DNA of 33,150 bases from Gemmatimonadales bacterium (GTDB taxonomy: Bacteria; Gemmatimonadota; Gemmatimonadetes; Gemmatimonadales; GWC2-71-9), in the NCBI GenBank assembly GCA_036270315.1, contig DATBCS010000148.1, forward strand, positions 1 through 33,150. Direction: 5' to 3'. The notes below the pieces were generated by a model. The model saw only the letters and a program-made list of their open reading frames with translations, did no database searches and was not told the origin of the DNA. Shown one piece after another: positions 15,192 to 21,854 of this stretch. The position numbers were made by a program, and so were the translations under genes. The stretch's first letter is position 1, and every line of letters begins with the position of its first letter.

Positions 15192-15524
15192 ATGGACACC
15201 CAGGATCTGCTGCAGCGCCTCCCCACCCGTGCCGCCTTCTCGGGCCGCGGCATGACGAAGCTCGACTGCTTCCGATCCGAGCGACTGCTCGTGGGGCTCA
15301 ACTGTTTCGAGCCCGGCCAGGCGCAGCCGGTGCACGCCCACGCGGGCGCCGACAAAGTCTATTTGGTTGTGAGTGGAAAGGCGAGCTTCGCGGTGGGTGA
15401 GCGCGTGTTGGACGCCGGCCCCGGCGACCTCGTCCTCGCGCCCGCGGGCGTGCCGCACGGGGTGCTCCAGGCGCGGGAGCGCACCGTGGTCCTCGTGGCG
15501 ATCGCCCCGGCGCCGGCCACGTAG
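15192..15524 (+). CDS. Cupin-domain protein
   Basis: GQAQPVHAHAGADKVYLVVSGKASF...LVLAPAGVPHGV are the two cupin motifs. ATG 15192 has AGGAA 7 nt upstream. Confidence 0.75.
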   Translation: MDTQDLLQRLPTRAAFSGRGMTKLDCFRSERLLVGLNCFEPGQAQPVHAHAGADKVYLVVSGKASFAVGERVLDAGPGDLVLAPAGVPHGVLQARERTVVLVAIAPAPAT

Positions 15525-15558
15525 GGCGCCCGCGGGCGGGCGCGCGCGGGTCAGGCGC

Positions 15559-16101
15559 TCAGGTGGTCGGCGCAACGCGCAGGGCGTCATTGAACCGGTT
15601 GAAGTACTCGGTCATACCGATGACCAGCGTGAGCTCCACGATCTGGCCGTCATCCCACGCGGCGCGCAGCTTCCTGTACAGGTCGTCCGTAACGTCGTGT
15701 CCCGACCGGTGGACCACGTCGGCGTACTCCAACGCGACTCGCCACCCAGGCTCCAGCCGTTCGACCGCCTCACGACCGCCACGGTCCTGGATCGCGTCGA
15801 CCAGCGCCTCGCTCGCACCCTTCTGTCCCGCCAAGACAGTATGGGAGTTGAGTCAGTAGCGGCAGCGATTCAGGTGCGAGATGCGCACCCACAGGAGCTC
15901 CTTCAAGAGCGGCGGCACCGTCCCCTCGTTCATCACGACGCGGAAATGCGCGACGAGGGTGCGCAGGTGATTGGGTCGCAGTGCGACCGTGCGAAACATG
16001 TTGGGGATGTTGCCGCGCTCCTGGAGAAACGTGTCGAAGATGGGCCGCACGTCGGGGGCGGCCTGGTCGGGCGCGAGGGGCGTGATGCGTGGGTCCGTCA
16101 T
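15559..16101 (-). CDS. AhpD-like / carboxymuconolactone-decarboxylase-family protein with in-frame TGA (candidate selenocysteine, codon 83, at 15853..15855)
   Basis: Two track ORFs, 15853..(16101) and 15559..15834, lie in the same frame and are separated by a single TGA. The joined read ELLWVRISHLNRCRY-TGA-LNSHTVLAG fits the AhpD core motif N-x-C-x-Y-C-x3-H. ATG 16101 has GGAGG 6 nt upstream and an ATGA overlap with the upstream gene. Confidence 0.8.
15818..15845 (-). promoter_or_regulatory. Candidate bacterial SECIS hairpin downstream of TGA 15853..15855
   Basis: Hand-folded mRNA: CCC-(A)-U-(A)-CUGUC-[UUGGCGG]-GACAG-(A)-A-GGG. The GG in the apical loop is 22-23 nt after the U of UGA. Confidence 0.4.
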
Positions 16102-16973
16102 GGGTTGCCTCCGGAGCGCTTGCCCCACCCGATCTTGAACAGCTCGACGGTGGCGCGGTAGCCGAGCTGGCGCACCAGGACGTAGACGCCGAGGAGCGTG
16201 AGCAGGATGGTCGAGTAGAACCGCCACAACACCAGCATGCTCACCTGGCGCGCCCCGAAGTCCCCGGCGAAGCCGTTCAGGAACGCCACTTCGAGCCCGC
16301 CGCCGCCCGACGGCAGCGGAACCACGAGGGGCGCCTGCAGCAGGGCGAGTGAGCCGTAGAGCATCTGGCTGAGCGACGGGCGGGCCGGCATCCCCCAGGC
16401 GAGCGCCGGGAGGATCAGGGCGCGAGCCGCGATGCTCACGACGGTGAGCAGGGCGCCCGCGCCCAAGACCCACCACGGGGCCCGGCGCACGTGGGCCAAG
16501 GCGACGCGCCACTGGCGCCGTACCCGGTGGGGGATCGTCCCGGAGCGCACCAGCCGCTGCAGCAGGTAGATCGTGAGCAGCACGACCAGCGCGATGACCT
16601 CGACCGTCACCAGCTCGCCGGCGCGGTGGCGGCGCAACCACACGAGCGCCGCGGCGCGCCAATCCGGGACGTAGTACGCGAACAAGAGGCCGCCGAGGAT
16701 CAGGAAGACCGGCCATTCGGAGGCCACCTCGACGCCGATCGCCACGATCCCCGTGACCGGGCGCAGGCGGGCTTCGTTGAGGCCGAGGAAGCGGGCCGGC
16801 TCGCCGCCCAGGCGATTGGGCGTGAGCTGGGAGGCCGCTTCGCCGTACAGGTTCAGCCGGAACGCGTCCCCGAACGACAGCCGCCCGCCCGCGGTCCAGA
16901 CGGCGAGCTGGATGCGCCACGCGCGGACCACGCAGTCGATGGCGAGGAGCGCCAGGGAGAGGAGGTGGCCCAC
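16098..16973 (-). CDS. Flippase-like / lysylphosphatidylglycerol-synthase-TM-region family membrane protein (start uncertain)
   Basis: Polytopic membrane protein. LSLALLAIDCVVRAWRIQL...LNLYGEAASQLTPNRLGGEPARF resembles the PF03706-type R-W/R-x-x-L and G-G-E-x-R segments. GTG 16973 was chosen because it lies just after the Zn-ribbon stop. The ORF is open up to 17069. Confidence 0.6.
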   Translation of the reverse strand: MGHLLSLALLAIDCVVRAWRIQLAVWTAGGRLSFGDAFRLNLYGEAASQLTPNRLGGEPARFLGLNEARLRPVTGIVAIGVEVASEWPVFLILGGLLFAYYVPDWRAAALVWLRRHRAGELVTVEVIALVVLLTIYLLQRLVRSGTIPHRVRRQWRVALAHVRRAPWWVLGAGALLTVVSIAARALILPALAWGMPARPSLSQMLYGSLALLQAPLVVPLPSGGGGLEVAFLNGFAGDFGARQVSMLVLWRFYSTILLTLLGVYVLVRQLGYRATVELFKIGWGKRSGGNP

Positions 16974-16980
16974 GGTGCGA

Positions 16981-17169
16981 TTAGTCGGAGCAGTCGCCGA
17001 GCGGGTAGACGAAGCCGCAGTTGGGGCAAGGGTGTTTGCAGCCCCACGGCTTGGGGGAGACAGCGGCACCGCAGCGCAGGCAGGTGGCGCGCGGTTCAGG
17101 CGAAGCGCGAAGCGTCGGTGAGGAACGGGTTGGCGCGGCGCTCTCGTCCAACAGTCGTTTCCGGTCCAT
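16981..17169 (-). CDS. Small zinc-ribbon protein (C-x2-C...C-x3-C-x2-C), start uncertain
   Basis: The C-terminal part is TCLRCGAAVSPKPWGCKHPCPNCGFVYPLGDCSD, with strongly GC-rich third positions. The only in-frame canonical starts (ATG 17169, TTG 17151) overlap the 3' end of the MBL gene. Confidence 0.4.
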   Translation of the reverse strand: MDRKRLLDESAAPTRSSPTLRASPEPRATCLRCGAAVSPKPWGCKHPCPNCGFVYPLGDCSD

Positions 17170-17734
17170 GGCCGGTGTACACGATGGTGGAATCGGGGAG
17201 CGTAAGCAACTCGCGCTCGATGCTCTTGAGCAGGGTCTCGAAGTCACCGCCGGGCAGATCCGTCCGTCCGATCGAGCCTTGAAACAAGACGTCGCCCGCG
17301 AACGCCACACCCTCCCCCTCGAACACCACGCTGCCCGGCGAATGGCCTGGGGCATGGCGCACCCGAAACGCCAGCTCGCCCAGGCGCAGCACATCGCCCG
17401 CCGCGAGCGGCCGGTCGGGTGCCGGGAGCGGCGCGGCGCTCATTCCGAACGCGACGGCCTGCTCGGGGACATGGTCGTAGAGGAGTCGGTCGGCGGGGTG
17501 GAGGTACACCGGGGCCCCCGTGTCGGCCTTGAGGCGCGCGACGCCCACGACGTGATCCACGTGCGCGTGCGTGAGCCAGATCCCCACCGGCCGCACGCCG
17601 GCGGCGGCCACCTTGTGGGCGATGAGACCCGCTTCCTCCCCGGGGTCGATGATGGCGCACGCCCCGCTCGGCTCGTCGATCACGAGGAAGCAGTTCTCGG
17701 CGAACCGTCCGTTCGGGATGGGGACGACCTTCAC
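17096..17734 (-). CDS. MBL-fold metallo-hydrolase (glyoxalase II / YcbL-like)
   Basis: THAHVDHVVG (H-x-H-x-D-H), HAPGHSPGS, GDVLFQGSIGRTD and GHGPETTVGRERRANPFL. GTG 17734 overlaps the trxB TGA (GTGA). Confidence 0.85.
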   Translation of the reverse strand: MKVVPIPNGRFAENCFLVIDEPSGACAIIDPGEEAGLIAHKVAAAGVRPVGIWLTHAHVDHVVGVARLKADTGAPVYLHPADRLLYDHVPEQAVAFGMSAAPLPAPDRPLAAGDVLRLGELAFRVRHAPGHSPGSVVFEGEGVAFAGDVLFQGSIGRTDLPGGDFETLLKSIERELLTLPDSTIVYTGHGPETTVGRERRANPFLTDASRFA

Positions 17735-18699
17735 GGCGTGACGCCCGCTTTGTCGCGCTCGCGGACGCGCGCCAGGTACTTCTCGACGGCGATCGCCGCG
17801 GTGGTCGCGTCGCCCACGGCAGTGGTGATCTGGCGGGTGAGCTGGCTGCGCACGTCGCCCGCGGCGAACAACCCCGGGATCGACGTCATCATCCGCTCGT
17901 CAGTCACGAAGTACCCGCCGGCGTCGTGTTTGACGTGGCCTGCGACGAGTCCGGTGTTCGGTTGGAAGCCGATGAAAATGAACACGCCGCCCACGACGAG
18001 CGGGGCGCGGGCGCCGCTCACCGTGTCCTCGAGCTCGACGCGGTCCGCGCCGCGCGGGCCTCCCGTGATGGCGGCGACGCGCTTGTTCCACACCAGCTCA
18101 ATCTTGGGGTTCGCGAACGCGCGTTCCTGGAGGATGCGGGAGGCGCGCAGCCGATCGCGCCGGTGCACGATATACACCTTGCTCGCGTAGCGCGTGAGGT
18201 AGTCGGCCTCCTCCACCGCGGCGTCCCCGCCGCCGATGACCGCGAGCACCTCGCCCTTGAAGAACGCGCCGTCGCACACGGCGCAGTACGACACGCCCTT
18301 CCCCGCGTGCTCGAGCTCTCCCGGCACGCCGAGCTTCACGGGCGTCCCGCCGGCGGTGAGGATCACGGCGGGCGCGCGGTACATCCCGCCCCGCGCCGTC
18401 TGCACGTCGAACCGGCCGTCGTCGGCCTTGGCGACGCGCTCCACCGTGTCGGTGAGGATCTCGGCGCCGAACTTCTGCGCGTGCGCGGCCATCCGCTGCG
18501 CCAGCTCCCAGCCCTTGATGCTCTCGAACCCGACGTAGTCTTCGATCAGGTCGGTGTTCAGGAGCTCGCCCCCGGGGGCCCCGCGTTCGATGGTGAGGGC
18601 CTTGAGCATGCCGCGGCCCGCGTACATCGCGGCGCAGAGCCCCGCGGGCCCGGCGCCGACGATGATCACGTCGTATCCGTTACGGCTGGTCTCGGGCAT
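17731..18699 (-). CDS. trxB: Thioredoxin-disulfide reductase
   Basis: YDVIIVGAGPAG (FAD), redox-active CAVCDG, VIGGGDAAVEEA (NADPH) and GLFAAGDV. Start placed at ATG 18699 (MPETSRNGYDV). Confidence 0.9.
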   Translation of the reverse strand: MPETSRNGYDVIIVGAGPAGLCAAMYAGRGMLKALTIERGAPGGELLNTDLIEDYVGFESIKGWELAQRMAAHAQKFGAEILTDTVERVAKADDGRFDVQTARGGMYRAPAVILTAGGTPVKLGVPGELEHAGKGVSYCAVCDGAFFKGEVLAVIGGGDAAVEEADYLTRYASKVYIVHRRDRLRASRILQERAFANPKIELVWNKRVAAITGGPRGADRVELEDTVSGARAPLVVGGVFIFIGFQPNTGLVAGHVKHDAGGYFVTDERMMTSIPGLFAAGDVRSQLTRQITTAVGDATTAAIAVEKYLARVRERDKAGVTP

Positions 18700-19048
18700 C
18701 GCTGCGGAATTCCAATCGCGGGGGGTCACCCTCCCCTGCCAGGGCGCGCGCGAGGCGCGCGCGGAAGCTCTCGGTCTCGAACTCGACATCGGGGCGGGCT
18801 GCGCCCGCCAGCTTCGCGAGCGCTGCCTGCCCCACGATGCGGGCGCCGTGCGCATTGGCACGGCGCTGGTGCAACAATGCCGCCGCCGCCTGAATCAGGC
18901 CTTGCCACACCGCGGCGGCGGCGGGATCGCCGTCCCTAATAATAGAACGCCAGACGGTTTCCAGCGCTTCGTGGGCCTCCCAATAGGCGCCGGCGTTGAA
19001 CAAGTCACGGGCGCGCACCAGGATGGTGCGGCGCTGTTCAGGCGTCAC
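18680..19048 (-). CDS. DUF309-domain protein
   Basis: RARDLFNAGAYWEAHEALETVWR is the DUF309 signature (LFN.g.yfEaHE.lE..W). GTG 19048 overlaps the upstream TGA (GTGA). Confidence 0.7.
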   Translation of the reverse strand: MTPEQRRTILVRARDLFNAGAYWEAHEALETVWRSIIRDGDPAAAAVWQGLIQAAAALLHQRRANAHGARIVGQAALAKLAGAARPDVEFETESFRARLARALAGEGDPPRLEFRSDARDQP

Positions 19049-19803
19049 GCGCGCGCAGGGCCGAGGCGCAGCAGATTGAGGGCGCCGTGGCACGCGCTGA
19101 TCGTGCCCACGAGCACCGCCGCCGGCCCGCCGCGGGTGCCCGCGGCGCGCACCAGGTCGTCCCCCGCAAGCACGGCGTCGACCGCGAACGTCCCCACGCC
19201 GAACACGTGGTGGCGGCACACGAACAGCGCCACGCCCTCGACCGGTTCGCCGGCGCCACGCAGCCGCTCGGCCAGCCCGCGGATCGCATCGCCCATTTCC
19301 CAGGTGCGCGCGCTCCCAATCGCCGGACAGACGGCGGGCTCGATACAGTGCGTGGGACAGATCCAGTCGGCGAACGAGACGTAGCGGGTGTGGTCCGGCA
19401 CGGCGCGATCATAGGGCGTGCCGAGCGCCCCCGGGACGGGCGCCGGCGCGACCGCGCGCCCCGGCCAGCGCGCGCGCGCCCGCGCCAGCACCCACGCGAA
19501 CATGAGGTGTGGCATCAAGGGTGAGGGGACGATGTAGTCGGCGGGTGCTCCCGCCGGTGTGGGTGCGGCCGCGCCCAGGAATGTCGCGACGTAGTCCGCC
19601 CACTCGGCGACGGCAAACGTGCGATCGGGCGCGGCCCCGAGTTCGGTGCGCGCGCGACACCCGGTGTCTCGGTCGACCACAATCACGCGTCGGAAGCGCG
19701 CCTTCCCCTTTTGCTGCGCCACCGCGAGCTGGCGCGCGTAGAAGGTGCCGTAGCAGCCTCCCCCGACGACGATCACGTCGCGCATGACGACCGGTTCGCT
19801 CAT
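19045..19803 (-). CDS. Hypothetical Rossmann-type (GGGCYG) protein with a conserved-looking Cys cluster
   Basis: RDVIVVGGGCYGTFYARQL is a dinucleotide-binding loop. The Cys cluster is ADWICPTHCIEPAVCPAIG, with CRHH and SACHG further on. Start at ATG 19803 or 19785. Confidence 0.55.
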   Translation of the reverse strand: MSEPVVMRDVIVVGGGCYGTFYARQLAVAQQKGKARFRRVIVVDRDTGCRARTELGAAPDRTFAVAEWADYVATFLGAAAPTPAGAPADYIVPSPLMPHLMFAWVLARARARWPGRAVAPAPVPGALGTPYDRAVPDHTRYVSFADWICPTHCIEPAVCPAIGSARTWEMGDAIRGLAERLRGAGEPVEGVALFVCRHHVFGVGTFAVDAVLAGDDLVRAAGTRGGPAAVLVGTISACHGALNLLRLGPARA

Positions 19804-19825
19804 CGCGGACCGGCCGGGTCCACGA

Positions 19826-20548
19826 CTATCCGTCTCCGGCAACGGCGAGTACCTGGCCGGTGACGGCGCGCGCCTCGTCGCTCGCGAGGTACAGAACGGC
19901 CGCGACCAGGTCGTCGAGCTCCACCCAGCGCACCTTCGCATCGGTGATCTGGGCGAGGTTGTCGGTGGTCTTCATCGTGCCCGGGGCGACGGCGTTGACC
20001 CGCACGCCGCGCCCCTGGAATTCGCGCGCTAGGGCGCGGGTCAGGCCGGCGACCGCCGCTTTCGCGGCGATGTAGGAGGCCATCTGGGGCTGGGGCCTGA
20101 GCACCGCGACCGAGGCGAAGTTGACGATCGCCCCGCCGCCGCGCTCGAGCAGCGCGGGGAGGGCGGCCTGGGACAGGTAAAACGTGGTCTTCACGTTGAC
20201 CGCGAGTTCGCGCTCGAACTGCTCGGGGGGCGTGCTGAGGACGGGGCCGTAGTACACGAGCCCGCCGGCGACGTTGACCACGACGTCGAGCCCGCCGAAC
20301 TCCTGGCGGGCGGTGGCCACGGCGCGCTGGGCCGCGTCGGGGGTCGTCAAGTCACCTGCGACGCTCCGGACGGTGAAGCCGGCCGCGGTGAACTCGGCGG
20401 CCCGCTCCGCCACCGCCGCCGCGGTGCGATCGGCGATCACGAGGGCCGCCCCGGCGCGCCCGAAGCCGCGCGCCACGGCCTGCCCGATCTGGCCGACGCG
20501 GCCCACCCCCGTGATGAGGGCGACCTTGCCGCGGAAGTCAGGCGGCAC
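19826..20548 (-). CDS. Short-chain dehydrogenase/reductase (SDR)
   Basis: GKVALITGVGRVGQIGQAVA (glycine-rich loop), NVAGG and YIAAKAAV (Y-x3-K). The start is GTG 20548 or GTG 20590. Both overlap the peroxiredoxin 3' end. Confidence 0.8.
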   Translation of the reverse strand: MPPDFRGKVALITGVGRVGQIGQAVARGFGRAGAALVIADRTAAAVAERAAEFTAAGFTVRSVAGDLTTPDAAQRAVATARQEFGGLDVVVNVAGGLVYYGPVLSTPPEQFERELAVNVKTTFYLSQAALPALLERGGGAIVNFASVAVLRPQPQMASYIAAKAAVAGLTRALAREFQGRGVRVNAVAPGTMKTTDNLAQITDAKVRWVELDDLVAAVLYLASDEARAVTGQVLAVAGDG

Positions 20549-20987
20549 GGCGGACGGCCGCGACGATCGCGTCCGGCGGTGGCGCCCCACGCTCGGCGAA
20601 GGCGACGGTGCCGTCGCGCGTGATCAGGTAGACGGAGCGTTGGATGCCCTTGCCGTCGTCCTTGAGCGCGTGGTAGGCGCGCGCGATGGTGCGGTCGGGG
20701 TCGGAGAGGAGGGGAAAGGTGAAGCCCAGTTTCCGGACGTAGCCCGCGTGGGCTTCCACGCTCGCCGGGTTCACGCCGAACGGCTGGATGCCCGCCTTCC
20801 GAAACTGTGCCATCTCGTCGCGCACGGCGGAGAGTTGACGGTTTCAGCCGGGGGTGTTGTTGCCCGGATAGAAGATGAGGGCCACATGCTGCGTCTTGAG
20901 CACGTCGCCGAGCGTGTAGGTCTGGCCGTCCGAGGCCCGGGCGGTGAACGCCGGGGCGATGGTGTCGAGCGGCAGCAGGTCGGTCAT
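20538..20987 (-). CDS. Bcp/PrxQ-type peroxiredoxin with in-frame TGA at the peroxidatic Cys position (candidate selenocysteine, codon 48, at 20844..20846)
   Basis: The frame of track ORF 20538..20825 continues upstream through one TGA. The full read is MTDLLPLDTIAPAFTARASDGQTYTLGDVLKTQHVALIFYPGNNTPG-TGA-NRQLSAVRDEMAQFRKAGIQPFGVN...FPLLSDPD. It is collinear with E. coli Bcp (VLVYFYPKAMTPGCTVQAC...LLSDED). GGAGAGG SD lies before ATG 20987. ATGA overlap with the PHP gene. Confidence 0.85.
20813..20840 (-). promoter_or_regulatory. Candidate (weaker) SECIS-like hairpin downstream of TGA 20844..20846
   Basis: Hand-folded: UCUC-CGC-[CGU]-GCG-(CGAC bulge)-GAGA, with an alternative outer CGUC/GACG pairing. 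The G-U in the apical loop is 22-23 nt after the U of UGA. Confidence 0.3.
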
Positions 20988-21838
20988 GGAGCCTCTCCAG
21001 GGGGCTGTGGGTCGGTGTGCGGCGCCGCGGCGAGGCGGCGCGCCTCGAGCTGCTCGAGCCAGGCGAGCGGGATGTCGAGCCCGCCGAGCGACGCGTGGGC
21101 GTCGCCGAACACGGTGTCGCCGTGCCAGTCCGAGCCGCCGCTCACGGCCAAGCCGAGCCGCTCGGCCAGTGCGGTGAGCCGCCGCTCGGTGGCGGGGGAG
21201 TGGCTCGGATGGCGGACCTCGAGCCCGTCCAGGCCCTGCTCGCGGAACTGGCGGAGTTGGCCCTCGCTCCCGTGGTCGCCCAAGTGGGCCGCCACGGCGA
21301 CGCCGCCCGCCGCGTGCGCCAACGCGGTGACCTGGGCCAAGGTGGGCAGCGGTTTCTCCACGTAGCCGGGTCGCCCCCGCGCCAGGTAGCGCGCGAACGC
21401 GTCGTTGATGTCGGCGCTTGCGCCCCGTTCGACCAGCGCCCGAGCCACGTGGGGCCGGCCCACCGCCCCGCCGTTCGCGGCGCGCACCACATCCTCGACC
21501 GCGATCGGCACGTTCAGCCGCTGCAGCCGCGCGACCATCTGGTCGGCGCGCTGCCGGCGCGCGGCGCGGGTGCCGGTGAGGAACGCTGCGAGCCGGGGGT
21601 CGCCCGGCGCGAGAAAGTAGCCCAGCACGTGCAGCTCACCCCAGGGGGCCCGCACGCTGAACTCGCACCCGGGCACGACCCGCAAGCCCAGGGCGGTGCC
21701 CGCCCGTGTCGCCTCCGGGACGCCCTCCGTGGTGTCGTGATCGGTGAGCGCGATCGCCGCGAGACCTGCCGCCCGCGCGCGCCGCGCCACCTCGGCCGGC
21801 GGGTATTCCCCGTCCGAGGCGGTCGAGTGGCAGTGCAG
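20984..21838 (-). CDS. PHP-domain (polymerase/histidinol-phosphatase-like) metal-dependent phosphoesterase. No canonical start codon upstream of the first metal-binding motif.
   Basis: The frame reads ...PRVDLHCHSTASDGEYPPAEVARRARAAGLAAIALTDHDT...HVLGY...DWHGD. The D-L-H-x-H-S motif lies upstream of the first ATG/GTG/TTG (GTG 21790). Start tentatively set to CTG 21838. Confidence 0.65.
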   Translation of the reverse strand: MHCHSTASDGEYPPAEVARRARAAGLAAIALTDHDTTEGVPEATRAGTALGLRVVPGCEFSVRAPWGELHVLGYFLAPGDPRLAAFLTGTRAARRQRADQMVARLQRLNVPIAVEDVVRAANGGAVGRPHVARALVERGASADINDAFARYLARGRPGYVEKPLPTLAQVTALAHAAGGVAVAAHLGDHGSEGQLRQFREQGLDGLEVRHPSHSPATERRLTALAERLGLAVSGGSDWHGDTVFGDAHASLGGLDIPLAWLEQLEARRLAAAPHTDPQPPGEAP

Positions 21839-21854
21839 GTCAACGCGCGGCGTA

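Noticed and set aside
15140-15355. 72-codon N-terminal extension of aspA (TTG 15355), and the 15123 start of the cupin ORF
   Set aside because: Aspartase homology begins at MSTTRIERDSLGE (ATG 15139). The extension overlaps the divergent cupin gene. The cupin has an ATG at 15192 with an AGGAA SD, while the earlier in-frame start overlaps aspA.
15525-15558. GC-only hairpin (CCCGCG...CGCGGG) between the convergent cupin and AhpD-like genes as a terminator
   Set aside because: The stem is short with a 10-nt loop, many alternative pairings are possible in pure GC sequence, and there is no U-tract. It cannot be distinguished from background.
17735-18861. 54-codon extension of trxB (start 18861), and the many 60-140-aa ORFs nested in or antisense to annotated genes
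   Set aside because: The extension overlaps DUF309 and lacks similarity to TrxB, which begins just before the YDVIIVGAGPAG FAD loop. The nested ORFs have Arg/Pro-rich composition and no motifs.
20844-20846. Interpreting the in-frame TGAs (20844..20846 and 15853..15855) as ordinary nonsense mutations, i.e. pseudogenes or two separate small genes
   Set aside because: Both TGAs fall exactly on the catalytic or redox Cys codon of two different families. Both downstream halves remain in frame with intact conserved motifs and GC3 bias. The downstream halves lack their own SD. Each has a foldable hairpin at SECIS-like distance. Two independent TGC-to-TGA hits on active-site codons only is improbable. 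Still unproven without sel genes.
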